DNA of 64,000 bases from Verrucomicrobiia bacterium (GCA_035489575.1 DATHJY010000011.1:20514-84513); one strand, 5' to 3'. Shown: positions 41,564-52,099, numbered from the stretch's first letter. A program made the numbers and translations. Notes: a model not told the origin generated them from the sequence alone.

Positions 41564-44500
41564 GTGTCGGCAGTTCAGAAAAAGGCTGCAGATTTGCGTA
41601 GTTCAGACTACGTGCATCTGCATAATCACACCCAATTTAGTTTATTGGACGGTCTCACACGCGTTGGGCCTTTGATGGATTTTGTCAAAGAGCAGGGTAT
41701 GAAAGCCGTGGCCATGACCGACCACGGTACTTTATCTGGGGCTATCGAATTTTATAAAGAGGCCAAAGCTCGAGACATCAAACCCATCATTGGTATAGAG
41801 ACTTATGTGGCCGCCCGCCGACATACCGACAAAGACCCCCAGAAGGACAAAAACCGCTTTCACCTGATCCTGCTGGCCATGAATAACACAGGCTACCAGA
41901 ACCTCATGCAGCTGAGCACCAAGGCTAACCTGGACGGGTTTTACTATTTCCCCCGCATAGACCACGAACTACTAGAGAAATACCACGAAGGCATCATTGC
42001 CCTTAGCGCCTGCATGGGTGGCGAGATAGGCAACGCCCTCAAGCAAGACCAGTATGCTCAGGCAGTCGAGATAGCTACCTGGTACAAGAAGCTTTTTGGG
42101 GATAGGTATTATCTAGAGATTCAAGATCATGGACACCCCGAAAACCAGCTGCACAGCAGCGAACAAGGGGCTATCAACCAGCAGGTCCTACAGCTTGGCA
42201 AAGAACTAGACATCCCGGTAGTCGTAACCTGCGACGCCCACTACCTGCACCATGAAGACCAGGATGCTCACGAGATCTTGCTGTGCGTGGGAACAGGCTC
42301 ATTCCTCAGCGACGAAAAGCGCATGTCGCTTAAAGACTACCCACTACACGTCGAAACACCGGCAGAGATCATCAAACGTTGGGGCGCAGAGTATCCCGAC
42401 GTTATCACCACTACGGCAGCCATTGCAGACCGCTGCAATGTCGAACTAGAGCTAGGCAAGATCCTGATTCCAAAATTTCCAGTGCCAGAAGGCGAGACAG
42501 AGAAAACTTATCTAGACAAACTGGTCTACCGCGGACTAGCCTGGCGCTACGGCGGCACAGCAGAAGAAGCGGCAGCCAAAGTCAGCATTGCGGCAGCCAA
42601 AAAGACACTGCCCAAAAACATTGCCGAGCGAGCAACCTACGAACTCGGGGTGATAGACAAAATGGGCTTTAACGGCTATTTCCTTATCATTCAGGATTTT
42701 ATTAACTGGGGTAAGGACAATGGCATTGTGTTTGGCCCGGGCCGCGGTTCGGCCGCTGGTTCTATCATTTCATATGCGTTAAAAGTGACCGAGCTAGACC
42801 CCATGCAGTACGACTTGCTGTTCGAGCGCTTCCTAAACCCGGACCGCATCAGCATGCCCGACGTCGATATCGACATCCAGGACACCAGGCGTAACGAGGT
42901 TATTCAGTACTGTGTAGAAAAGTATGGCACCGAGCGGGTAGCAAATATCGTTACCTTTGGCCGCATGTTTGCTCGTAACGCCGTGCGCGACGTAGCCCGG
43001 GTGCTGCAAGTGCCCTATGCCGATGCCGACCGCCTGGCCAAGATGATACCCGCGCCAGTACAAGGCCGTCACATACCACTGCCAACGTCACTCAAGGATG
43101 ATGCCGACCTGAAGCGTGAGTACGAGACAAACGAAGTATCACGCCAGGTCCTGGACCAAGCGGTGCGCCTAGAGGGTACGGTGCGCAGTCATGGTGTGCA
43201 CGCAGCCGGAGTAGTTATCGCGCCTGATGATATCGTCAAATTTGTGCCGCTTGAAATGGCCCAAAAAGGGGTGGTAGCCACCCAGTACCCTATGGGTCCG
43301 GTTGAAGAGCTCGGGCTCCTAAAGATGGACTTCTTAGGACTGAGCAACCTGACCATCATCAAGAACGCATTGCGTATTGTTAAAAGGGTGTATGGCAACG
43401 ACCTCGACATCAACACTATTCCGCTAAACGACGACAAAACATTTGAATTGTTCCAGCGTGGCGACACCACTGGCGTGTTCCAGCTGGAATCCGCCGGCAT
43501 GAAACGCTACCTGAAAGAGCTGCGACCTACCGCCTTTGAAGATATCGTCGCGATGGTGGCGCTGTACCGGCCTGGCCCTATGCAGTTTATTGACAGTTTC
43601 ATTAAGCGCAAGCACGGCCAAGAGGACATAACCTACCTGCACCCCGGCCTAGAGAACTCGCTCAAGAATACTTACGGCATCTTGGTCTATCAGGAACAGT
43701 TCATGCAGATATCCAAGGAATGGTGTGGCTTTAGCGGCGGACAGGCCGACACACTGCGCAAGGCAGTAGGCAAGAAAAAGATCGACCTTATGCGCAAGGT
43801 AAAAGTCGAATTTGTCGAAGGAGCCGTCAAGCACGGTGGCGCCACCGAGGCAATGGCCGAAAAGTTCTGGGACCAACTGGAAGAATTTGCCAATTACTGT
43901 TTTAACAAATCACACGCTGCCTGTTACGCCCTGATAGCCTACCAAACGGCCTATCTAAAGGCCCACTATCCGGCCGCCTTCATGGCCGCCCTTATGACGA
44001 GTGACTTCGACGACACCGACCGCCTGGCTATCGAGATTACCGAATGCAAACATATGGGTATCGAGGTACTGCCGCCAGACGTCAACGAATCATACCTAGA
44101 ATTTGCCGTAGTGCCCAAGACCAATCAGATCCGATTTGGTATGGCGGCCATCAAAAACGTAGGTACGGGTGCAGCCGACGAGATCATACACACTCGGGAT
44201 GCCAATGGCCAATTTGAAACCCTAGAGGATTTCTTTACCAGAGTGAACACCCGTGTAGCCAACCGCAAAACACTGGAAAGTTTGGTCAAGTCTGGCGCCT
44301 TTGATCGTTATGGCGAACGCAGTTTTCTGCTCCACAATATGGATGTTTTGCTAGCCTATGCCTCTCGCCTGCAAAAAGAAAAGGCCAGTGGCCAGACAGA
44401 CCTCTTTGGCAATATTATTGACGACGCCATGGCTCACAAACCCACACTCAAGTTAGACAACCCCACTGAAGTGTTTAACCAGCAAGAGCAACTGATCTGG

Positions 44501-45208
44501 GAGCGCGAGCTGCTTGGTCTGTATCTGAGCCAACACCCCCTGGAGGCCTACGAACTCTTTCTTGCAGAACGAACCACACCGATCAAAAGCCTCAAGCCAG
44601 AACACGATGGCAAGCCCGTGACCATCGGCGGGGCTATCCAGGATGTCCGCGAGATCACTACAAAAAATGGTCAAAAAATGGCATTTGTAAAACTAGCCGA
44701 CCAATTCAGCGAGCTAGAACTCATACTGTTTCCCAGCATGTACCAGCAAACCGTCGGCATCTGGGAGCGCGACAAAGTTATCTTGGTAAAAGGCAAAATA
44801 AACGCCAAAGACCGTGACGGCAACATGTCCCAGGAGTTGAAAGTACTGGTAGATGACGCCCGTGAGATAACCCACGCCCAAGCGGTGGCCTATCAGGCAA
44901 CTGGCAAAAAGCCCAAGGTGGTAAAACCATCCAAAAAACCACGCACTAGTGCAGCCGCCGTGGTCACGTCCAAAGAGGCCGTTCCGCAACGCATATATAT
45001 CCGGCTGGAACGCAGTGATGACCATAAAACCCTGCTGGAGCTCCGCCAGGCTATCGACGCCAACAAGGGCGATGCCGAAGTAGTGCTGGTGGTGGGACCA
45101 GAGGCAACCAAACAAGTCATTCGATTGCCCATACGGGTACAGGCCGACGCTTCCATCCTGGCCTCGTTCGGCAGCCTCGTAGGTGCCGATAACGTCAAAG
45201 TTCAATAA
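41564..45208 (+). CDS. dnaE: DNA polymerase III alpha subunit
   Basis: 1214 aa with an N-terminal PHP domain (YVHLHNHTQFSLLDG), polymerase core and C-terminal OB fold. GTG start. Confidence 0.97.
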   Translation: MSAVQKKAADLRSSDYVHLHNHTQFSLLDGLTRVGPLMDFVKEQGMKAVAMTDHGTLSGAIEFYKEAKARDIKPIIGIETYVAARRHTDKDPQKDKNRFHLILLAMNNTGYQNLMQLSTKANLDGFYYFPRIDHELLEKYHEGIIALSACMGGEIGNALKQDQYAQAVEIATWYKKLFGDRYYLEIQDHGHPENQLHSSEQGAINQQVLQLGKELDIPVVVTCDAHYLHHEDQDAHEILLCVGTGSFLSDEKRMSLKDYPLHVETPAEIIKRWGAEYPDVITTTAAIADRCNVELELGKILIPKFPVPEGETEKTYLDKLVYRGLAWRYGGTAEEAAAKVSIAAAKKTLPKNIAERATYELGVIDKMGFNGYFLIIQDFINWGKDNGIVFGPGRGSAAGSIISYALKVTELDPMQYDLLFERFLNPDRISMPDVDIDIQDTRRNEVIQYCVEKYGTERVANIVTFGRMFARNAVRDVARVLQVPYADADRLAKMIPAPVQGRHIPLPTSLKDDADLKREYETNEVSRQVLDQAVRLEGTVRSHGVHAAGVVIAPDDIVKFVPLEMAQKGVVATQYPMGPVEELGLLKMDFLGLSNLTIIKNALRIVKRVYGNDLDINTIPLNDDKTFELFQRGDTTGVFQLESAGMKRYLKELRPTAFEDIVAMVALYRPGPMQFIDSFIKRKHGQEDITYLHPGLENSLKNTYGILVYQEQFMQISKEWCGFSGGQADTLRKAVGKKKIDLMRKVKVEFVEGAVKHGGATEAMAEKFWDQLEEFANYCFNKSHAACYALIAYQTAYLKAHYPAAFMAALMTSDFDDTDRLAIEITECKHMGIEVLPPDVNESYLEFAVVPKTNQIRFGMAAIKNVGTGAADEIIHTRDANGQFETLEDFFTRVNTRVANRKTLESLVKSGAFDRYGERSFLLHNMDVLLAYASRLQKEKASGQTDLFGNIIDDAMAHKPTLKLDNPTEVFNQQEQLIWERELLGLYLSQHPLEAYELFLAERTTPIKSLKPEHDGKPVTIGGAIQDVREITTKNGQKMAFVKLADQFSELELILFPSMYQQTVGIWERDKVILVKGKINAKDRDGNMSQELKVLVDDAREITHAQAVAYQATGKKPKVVKPSKKPRTSAAAVVTSKEAVPQRIYIRLERSDDHKTLLELRQAIDANKGDAEVVLVVGPEATKQVIRLPIRVQADASILASFGSLVGADNVKVQ

Positions 45209-45210
45209 TC

Positions 45211-45843
45211 ATGAAATACGATACATTATTTATCGATTGGGATGGCACGCTCAGCCAATCACGTCTGTGGGGGCATTGGAAGGATGATCCCAAACGCGCC
45301 GATGACTACCAATCTATCCAAGAGTGCGTTTTTCAATCCAGCGACCCTGATGACACTTTTCAGCGCTGGATGCTCGGCAAACTCACGACCGAACAAGCAC
45401 TTGCCGTTGCCGCGGCCAAAACGGGAATAGACTATGCCCAACTGCTAGAACATATGCGACACAGCTGCCAAAATATGAGCTTTATCGACGAGCGCCTGCC
45501 ACACCTGCTGCGAGCAGTCCAGGAGCGTGGCGTACGCATAGTAATTGCTACAGATAATATGGATTGCTTTACTAGGTGGACCGTTCCGGCTCTGCGGGTA
45601 AACACTTTCAGCGACGACATACTCAGCTCTCACCTAGTGGGTGCATTCAAACGAGAAACAGCAACAGATGGCTCTAGCCTGTTCTTTGGAGACTATTTGC
45701 GCCGTCATACTATGCAGCCCGGGCAAGTAGCCCTGCTGGACGACGGAGCCAAAAATGAAGCAGTTGCTGCCTTTGGCATAGACTTTATACACGTCAGCCT
45801 AGAGCAGCCAGCGACGACCCTCTTGGACAAACTTCTCCTATAA
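45211..45843 (+). CDS. HAD-superfamily hydrolase
   Basis: FIDWDGTL (DxD motif I), IATDN and a LLDDG-type motif IV. Confidence 0.75.
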   Translation: MKYDTLFIDWDGTLSQSRLWGHWKDDPKRADDYQSIQECVFQSSDPDDTFQRWMLGKLTTEQALAVAAAKTGIDYAQLLEHMRHSCQNMSFIDERLPHLLRAVQERGVRIVIATDNMDCFTRWTVPALRVNTFSDDILSSHLVGAFKRETATDGSSLFFGDYLRRHTMQPGQVALLDDGAKNEAVAAFGIDFIHVSLEQPATTLLDKLLL

Positions 45844-46860
45844 GATAGTACCGACAGTCCGCAGTAGCGTCATACCTAGTATGGCGAGACCCAACAATGT
45901 GCTGTCTAGCAAGGGGTGGTGCAAAATAAGTCGCTCGCCATCCTTCAGCAAGTGACGGAACTTCAGACTATGATGCAGCAGCTTGAACACCGCCAAGCCG
46001 ATCAGTAACATACCGAGCGCAGTAGCTGCCCACGGCAACCGCCCGCCAGTCAGGGCCTCTATGCGTGATATCTTCTTGGGCTGAGTGGTAACAGCAGCAG
46101 CCGGCTGATCGGTCGCAACTGGTGCTGATTCTTTTGGTTGCTCGACCGGTGCAGCCGGCTGCTCTGCGGGAGCAGTAGGCGATGGCGTGGGGACAGGGGC
46201 TGGTGCCGCAGGCGGCTTGGGGGTAGCAGTAGGAGCGGTGGTACTAGGGGCCGGTGGCGTCGTGGCAGCCTGGACTTGTGGCTTGGCATACATGGCGACC
46301 ACCACGGTCTGCTCGCCGTCGCCATTGAAATCGGCGCTGTTGGCATACCCAAAGCCAACCTGAGTAAAAGAGGTATCTAGCATATTGGCCTTGTGTGCCG
46401 GGCTATTCATCCAGCCAGAAACCGTCTCGCTGCTGGTGGCAAATCCATAGGCCAGGTTTTCGCCAGCCTTACTATATTTATAGCCGGTAGAATCAATGAA
46501 TACCCACGGTTGCTGACCGTCGGGCGTGGTATGTGACCAATAATCGCGCGCTACCATGTCATTTGCCTTAGCCTGAGCGGCCGAGTTGAGCTGGCCGCTC
46601 AAAGACAGCGACCCCGCTCCGTTGGCAGTCCGCTGACTGTTAGTGGTCGACAGCAAACCACCAGCGCTTATTTCGGTGGCGTAGGCCAGGGTATTGCCCG
46701 GCGCTGGGCGCCAAAAACTCAGGAAAATACTGGCAATAATAGATATAACCAGCGGCAAATAGGGTGCGTACACCTTGGCGTACTTGGGGCTTTGCTTGTG
46801 GTGTCGGCCGTGCCGTTTGGTGTGGTCTTTTGTGTGCGTTCTTCTGGATATTTTGGGCAT
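45838..46860 (-). CDS. CAP/SCP/PR1-domain protein with Pro/Ala-rich linker and C-terminal TM anchor
   Basis: CAP core (ARDYWSHTTPDGQQPW...GENLAYGF...GWMNSPAHKANMLD...VGFG), then TTPPAPSTTAPTATPKPPAAPAPVPTPSP, then hydrophobic helices. The start is uncertain (46860 or 46899). Confidence 0.8.
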   Translation of the reverse strand: MPKISRRTHTKDHTKRHGRHHKQSPKYAKVYAPYLPLVISIIASIFLSFWRPAPGNTLAYATEISAGGLLSTTNSQRTANGAGSLSLSGQLNSAAQAKANDMVARDYWSHTTPDGQQPWVFIDSTGYKYSKAGENLAYGFATSSETVSGWMNSPAHKANMLDTSFTQVGFGYANSADFNGDGEQTVVVAMYAKPQVQAATTPPAPSTTAPTATPKPPAAPAPVPTPSPTAPAEQPAAPVEQPKESAPVATDQPAAAVTTQPKKISRIEALTGGRLPWAATALGMLLIGLAVFKLLHHSLKFRHLLKDGERLILHHPLLDSTLLGLAILGMTLLRTVGTIL

Positions 46861-46911
46861 ATCGGTACTCGTTAACCATAAGTATATCAAACCGGGCACG
46901 CACCAGACAGC

Positions 46912-47433
46912 CTACTGTGTTTCTTGGAAGAATGCACAATGATAAAGCGCCATTCCGGCAGCTTGTACGACATTGAATGATTCTTTGGATCCAGCCATGG
47001 GTATCTCTAGGGCTGCTTTGCAGCGGGCCAGCACTTCTGGCTCCACCCCCTCGACTTCTCGACCCACCAGCAGCGCCAGCCTGTCCGGTGGCTGAAAGCC
47101 GGGCAAAGTTATCGACCCCTTCGCCTGTTCAACAGCATATACGGGTGTATTTTGCTGCCCCAACAAGTCAAACAGATCAGCTATATTCTTATATACCTGC
47201 CAATCAACCAGCCTTTCAGCCCCCAGCGCTGTTTTTTGTATCTGCTTATGTAGTTTTTGACGAATATGGGGCAATCTATCATCGTCTGGCATTTCGGGAT
47301 AAGGCGTGTAGCCAGACAAGTAGACCGTTCGTACACCCAAACCCTCGGCCGTCCGCAGTAATGACCCCACATTGTGGCAACTCCGCAAATTGTGGGCGAT
47401 TACTATTAGCTCACGCTGTTTCATCATGACCAC
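46912..47433 (-). CDS. TrmH/SpoU-family RNA 2'-O-methyltransferase
   Basis: 173 aa with NLRSCHNVGSLLRTAEGLG, LLVGREVEGV and IPMAGSKESFNV (SPOUT motifs). Confidence 0.8.
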   Translation of the reverse strand: MVMMKQRELIVIAHNLRSCHNVGSLLRTAEGLGVRTVYLSGYTPYPEMPDDDRLPHIRQKLHKQIQKTALGAERLVDWQVYKNIADLFDLLGQQNTPVYAVEQAKGSITLPGFQPPDRLALLVGREVEGVEPEVLARCKAALEIPMAGSKESFNVVQAAGMALYHCAFFQETQ

Positions 47434-47535
47434 ATCTTATCAAAGTACTCTTCTTATGCTTAAATAAGGGTATATGAAAGCCCCGCGAAAACGTGTTCAG
47501 ATTTTGCATGCACTCTTAGAGTTAGGGAGTTTGGC

Positions 47536-49134
47536 ATGAGCCAAGACGCCAGACGTGACGAAGAGCTAACTACCCAGCGACGAGCTATTATATTGGGGCT
47601 AAACTATATAGATACTTCGCGTATTGCTAAAAAGACGCTCTACAAAGACTATCTAACCACCCAAGAGCTCTATAATTTGCGGCTTATCCCTATCCAGGCA
47701 GACGAGCACAATGTTACATTTGGCGTCACCAACACGACGTCCCAGCAAACCATGGTAGATATGCGTCATAAGTTTTTGGACCAGCGTATAGCTTTTGGAC
47801 TCATTTCCGAGACCGGCTTCAGGGAGTACATGAAACTGTACGACCCGCCCAAACAAGTGGTCTACCAAGACATCTCTATTACCAACGCCGGCCAGGAAGA
47901 GCTCATCCGCTCGGTGTCCTCCACCCTCGAGCAAGTGCGAGCAGCCGACATGTTAGCCTATCTAGTGCAACAGGCGCACAAATTGGCCACTTCAGATATC
48001 CACCTAGAGATCCAGCGCGAATACGTCCGCGTTCGGTTCCGTATAGACGGCGTTTTGCATCCCGTTGCTCGTCTGAGTATCGAAAAGTACCGTGTGCTGA
48101 TTTCTGCCATTGCCAGCGCTGGCAATGTATCTACTTCCTCCGGGGAAGCACAGCAGGGCCACATCGCCCAGCACCTGCGAATGCAGGATGGCGCCGAGGT
48201 AGACATAAATCTCCGCCTGGAAACCGTACCCACCATAAACGGCATGGATGTTGTCATGCGTTTGTTCAACCTGGACGAAAACATGTACAACCTAGACAAA
48301 CTGGGCCTATCAGCAGATGAGCGCAAAGTAGTAGACGATATCATTGCCAAGCCAAGCGGCCTGGTACTGGTTGTCGGCCCAACTGGTTCGGGCAAGACCA
48401 CCACATTGTATTCCATGCTCAATACCCTCAACTCCGAAGAGCGCAAGGTCATTACCATCGAGGACCCAGTAGAATATCAGTTTACCGGCATCACCCAAAT
48501 CTCCGTCACCACCAAATCGGCTACAGAACTGAGCTTTGCCAACAAACTGCGCGCTGTCTTACGCCTTGACCCAGATATCGTCATGGTTGGTGAGATCCGC
48601 GATATAGACACCGCCAAGACATCCCTGCAGGCCTCGCTCACCGGACACCTCGTGCTTTCGACTTTCCACGCTTCTTCTGCTGCCGCCGCTCTGACCAGAA
48701 TGGGCGACATCATTGGCGAAAATCCTCTGTTTGTGTCAGCTATCCGCTTAGTCATGGCTCAGCGACTTGTTCGCCGTCTGGACGACTCATCCAAGCAGGC
48801 CTATACGCCAGACGAGCCCACCAAGAAGAAGTTAGCCGAAATCATATCCACTCTTCCCGAGGGTATCGAGCGCCCAGACGTCAATAATCTGCAGCTATAC
48901 AAGGCTGGTGCGAGTGCAGACAATCCCTACGGCTATCGTGGGCAAGTAGCCTTGCGCGAGCAGTTCCTCATGCAGGGCGAAGTAAGCAAGCTCCTAGAAA
49001 ACACGCATCCGACCGCCCAGCAAATTGAAGCAGCCGCCATAAAAAGTGGTATGCGCACCATGATACAAGATGGCATACTCAAGGCCATTGCCGGCGAGAC
49101 TACCCTAGAAGAAGTGTTCCGGGTCGTCGGCTAG
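47536..49134 (+). CDS. GspE/PilB-family type II/IV secretion (type IV pilus assembly) ATPase
   Basis: 532 aa with an N-terminal T2SSE_N-like domain, Walker A GPTGSGKTTT, Asp box, Walker B (DPDIVMVGEIRD) and His box. Confidence 0.85.
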   Translation: MSQDARRDEELTTQRRAIILGLNYIDTSRIAKKTLYKDYLTTQELYNLRLIPIQADEHNVTFGVTNTTSQQTMVDMRHKFLDQRIAFGLISETGFREYMKLYDPPKQVVYQDISITNAGQEELIRSVSSTLEQVRAADMLAYLVQQAHKLATSDIHLEIQREYVRVRFRIDGVLHPVARLSIEKYRVLISAIASAGNVSTSSGEAQQGHIAQHLRMQDGAEVDINLRLETVPTINGMDVVMRLFNLDENMYNLDKLGLSADERKVVDDIIAKPSGLVLVVGPTGSGKTTTLYSMLNTLNSEERKVITIEDPVEYQFTGITQISVTTKSATELSFANKLRAVLRLDPDIVMVGEIRDIDTAKTSLQASLTGHLVLSTFHASSAAAALTRMGDIIGENPLFVSAIRLVMAQRLVRRLDDSSKQAYTPDEPTKKKLAEIISTLPEGIERPDVNNLQLYKAGASADNPYGYRGQVALREQFLMQGEVSKLLENTHPTAQQIEAAAIKSGMRTMIQDGILKAIAGETTLEEVFRVVG

Positions 49135-49147
49135 CCACAGCCCTGAT

Positions 49148-50302
49148 CTATCTGATTTCTCGACTAATACTGGACACCAGTCTGTCATCTAACACGCTTG
49201 GAATAATTTCTTCGGCAGTCGGATGCTCAACTAGCCCAGCAATAGCCTTGGCAGCCTTGATTTTATGATCATCCGTAATCGTGCGAACCTTATTATCCAG
49301 CGCTCCACGAAAAATACCCGGGAATGCCAGAGCGTTGTTGACTTGATTTGGGAAGTCACTGCGACCAGTAGCCATGACCGCTACCCCAGCCGCCTTAGCT
49401 TCATCTGGCATGATTTCGGGTGTCGGGTTAGCCATAGCAAAGATAATCGGCTTCTTGGCCATAGTCTTCACAAGCGCAGGTGTCAGCAATTCAGCTTTTG
49501 ACACCCCGATGAAGATATCGGCATCTTTCAGAGCGTCCTCCAGGGAACCGTGGACATCATGTTTATTTGTAAACGCCAGGAGTTTTTGCTTCTCGGTGTT
49601 CAGATCCGTGCGCTTCGAGCTAATAATGCCCACGCTATCAACTGCTAGTATTTCGGGCTTGGCATACAGGTCCAACAATTTCATGATGGCCGTTCCGGCT
49701 GCACCAGCGCCCACGCACACAATCCGACAATCCTCCAAGCGACGTCCAGTAACTTTCATGGCGTTAATAAGACCCGCCAGCACGACTACCGCAGTACCGT
49801 GTTGGTCGTCGTGAAACACCGGTATGTCCAGTTCGGCTTTCAGCCGTTCTTCTACCTCAAAGCAAAGCGGGGCGGCAATATCCTCTAGGTTGATACCGCC
49901 GAAACTGGGCGCGATAGCCTTTACGGCTGCCACTATTTCGTCTGCCGTATGCACGTCTAGAATGATCGGCACCGAGTCAATGCCCGCAAAATGCTTGAAC
50001 AGCATGGCCTTACCCTCCATGACTGGCAGCGAGGCTTTGGGCCCAATGTTGCCCAGGCCCAGCACGGCCGAGCCATCAGAGATCACGGCAACGATGTTGT
50101 TCAGCCATGTATAATCACGCCCCTCTTCGGGATGCTCATATATATAACTAGAGACGGCTGCCACTCCAGGCGTGTAATAAGTGCTTAGCTTGTCACGGCT
50201 ATCTAACGGGTCCTTGAGTTCAACCGATATTTTGCCTTTAAGTTCTTTGTGCTTTTTTAACGCCTCTTTTGCATAGTCCATATCTTTACTATAGCGGTGC
50301 AT
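49148..50302 (-). CDS. NAD(P)-dependent malic enzyme (short form)
   Basis: 384 aa with VISDGSAVLGLGNIG, FHDDQHGTAVV and GAGAAG. Confidence 0.9.
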   Translation of the reverse strand: MHRYSKDMDYAKEALKKHKELKGKISVELKDPLDSRDKLSTYYTPGVAAVSSYIYEHPEEGRDYTWLNNIVAVISDGSAVLGLGNIGPKASLPVMEGKAMLFKHFAGIDSVPIILDVHTADEIVAAVKAIAPSFGGINLEDIAAPLCFEVEERLKAELDIPVFHDDQHGTAVVVLAGLINAMKVTGRRLEDCRIVCVGAGAAGTAIMKLLDLYAKPEILAVDSVGIISSKRTDLNTEKQKLLAFTNKHDVHGSLEDALKDADIFIGVSKAELLTPALVKTMAKKPIIFAMANPTPEIMPDEAKAAGVAVMATGRSDFPNQVNNALAFPGIFRGALDNKVRTITDDHKIKAAKAIAGLVEHPTAEEIIPSVLDDRLVSSISREIR

Positions 50303-50374
50303 AAAATAAATTCCTAAACTTTTATATTTCAGGGTTAAGTTGTTGCATTAAAGAGGTGAATAGTGTAATATCTA

Positions 50375-50902
50375 TTGGATATGCAATCTGTTATTCAGAA
50401 AATTGAGGAAAAATACAAAAAGTCTCAGGTCGTCGACATTCGACCTGGCGACACCGTTAAAGTGCACCAAAAAATCCGCGAAGGAAGCAAAGAGCGTGTA
50501 CAGATTTTTCAGGGCCTGGTTATCCGCGTAGACCGCAAGGGTAGCCACACCAGCCGTATCCTGGTACGCAAGATTGCCAGCGGCGTTGGCGTAGAGAAGA
50601 GCTTTTTGCTGCACAGCCCCCTCGTACTAAAGGTCGAGGTGACCAAGCGTAGCAAAGTTCGCCGCAACTACTTAACTTACATGCGTGCTCGCACCGGTAA
50701 GTCTGCTCGTCTAACCGGCATGGACTTTGACCGCGAAGCCGTTAACACCATCCACGACACCAAGGCCGAAGCTGAAGAAGAAAAACTGCACGACGAAGTC
50801 AAAGCCGCCGCAGAAGCAGACGCCGCCAAAAAGGCTGAAGGAGACGCAAAACTAGAAGCCAAGGCCGAAGCAGCACTGAAAGCTCGCGAAGAAGAAGAGT
50901 AA
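50375..50902 (+). CDS. rplS: 50S ribosomal protein L19 with a ~60-aa Ala/Glu/Lys-rich C-terminal extension
   Basis: The L19 core (DIRPGDTVKVHQKIREGSKERVQIFQGLVIR...VRRNYLTYMR) is followed by AEAEEEKLHDEVKAAAEADAAKKAEGDAKLEAKAEAALKAREEEE. Confidence 0.95.
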   Translation: MDMQSVIQKIEEKYKKSQVVDIRPGDTVKVHQKIREGSKERVQIFQGLVIRVDRKGSHTSRILVRKIASGVGVEKSFLLHSPLVLKVEVTKRSKVRRNYLTYMRARTGKSARLTGMDFDREAVNTIHDTKAEAEEEKLHDEVKAAAEADAAKKAEGDAKLEAKAEAALKAREEEE

Positions 50903-50962
50903 AAATCCGTTATATGACAATAAAACCCTGGCACGTCCAGGGTTTTTTGTTACCATGAAAGC

Positions 50963-51520
50963 ATGAATGTAGTAGGGGTAGACGAAGTAGGGCGCGGCTG
51001 CTGGGCTGGTCCGTTGGTGGTGGCAGCGGTTGTACTGCACAAACGCTTGCGAGGCCTCAAGGACTCAAAGCTCCTCACTCGTACTCAAAGAGAAATACTG
51101 GCTGTCCGCATCCATAAACATGCCAGTATCGGAATCAGCTGGATCCAACCCGCCGATGTCGATCGGCTGGGGTTGACCGAGGCCACCCGCCAGGCCGCCG
51201 CTGAAGCCGTTGCGCAACTGACCTGCGGCTACGATCAGATCATCATGGACGGCAACTACAATTACCTCAGCTCCAACCCAAAGGCAATCACCCTGATCAA
51301 GGCCGACAACCTGGTGCCAGCCGTCAGTGCCGCAAGTATTGTTGCCAAAGTAGCTAGGGACAACTACATGCGCGATATCGCCCAGCAATTCCCCCAGTAT
51401 CAGTTTGACAAACATGTTGGCTATGGCACGCGTTTGCACCGCGACATGCTAGCACTCCACGGTGCCTGTGAGCTACACCGCCTAAGCTGGCAGCCGCTAA
51501 AAAACCTACAGAATGTCTAG
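50963..51520 (+). CDS. rnhB: Ribonuclease HII
   Basis: VVGVDEVGRGCWAGPLVVAA (DEVGRG), DSKLL, and the SAASIVAKV block. Confidence 0.92.
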   Translation: MNVVGVDEVGRGCWAGPLVVAAVVLHKRLRGLKDSKLLTRTQREILAVRIHKHASIGISWIQPADVDRLGLTEATRQAAAEAVAQLTCGYDQIIMDGNYNYLSSNPKAITLIKADNLVPAVSAASIVAKVARDNYMRDIAQQFPQYQFDKHVGYGTRLHRDMLALHGACELHRLSWQPLKNLQNV

Positions 51521-51586
51521 AACCCATCTTAAAAGTCTTTTCAAGTGCTCGTCAAGATGGCTTGCAGCCGAAAGAGACTTTTAGGG

Positions 51587-51928
51587 ATGGGTTCTAACTA
51601 CGCAGCGGGCCATAATGCCGAAAAACGTGCCGCAGTTTACTTAGAATCACAGGGCTTTGCCGTGCTGCAGCTGAACTGGAAGACACGGTACTGCGAGATT
51701 GATATAGTCGCCAAAAAAGATAAGGTACTCTACCTGGTAGAAGTAAAGTATCGCCGCAACACAAAGCACGGCGGCGGCCTGGACTACATAACGCCAAAGA
51801 AACTCCACAGCATGCAGTTTGCGGCAGAAATGTGGGTACAAAACCACGACTGGCCTGGGGACTACCAGCTCGCGGCAGTGGCTATCGATGCCAACCACAT
51901 AGAATTTATTGACTCGATTATTACCTAA
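51587..51928 (+). CDS. yraN: YraN-family (UPF0102) endonuclease-like protein
   Basis: GHNAEKRAAVYLESQGFAVLQLNWKTRYCEIDIVAKKDKVLYLVEVKYR. I prefer the internal ATG at 51587. Confidence 0.8.
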   Translation: MGSNYAAGHNAEKRAAVYLESQGFAVLQLNWKTRYCEIDIVAKKDKVLYLVEVKYRRNTKHGGGLDYITPKKLHSMQFAAEMWVQNHDWPGDYQLAAVAIDANHIEFIDSIIT

Positions 51929-51939
51929 AAATATAAAGA

Positions 51940-51989
51940 CCATAGTATATGAGAAACAACACCGAGCGGGCTCGGCACATATACTATGG
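51940..51989 (+). terminator. Long hairpin after yraN
   Basis: ccatagtatatg/catatactatgg (12 bp) encloses ccgag/ctcgg. Lies in a convergent intergenic region. Confidence 0.4.
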
Positions 51990-52099
51990 CTCTGGTTTCT
52001 AGGGGAGGCGTCAGCAATACTGACGTGAACCTGCTTCTGCTCCGGGTACGACCCAGTAGCATACTTAACCCTAGATGTCCTCGGGAGGAATTCGGTGGC

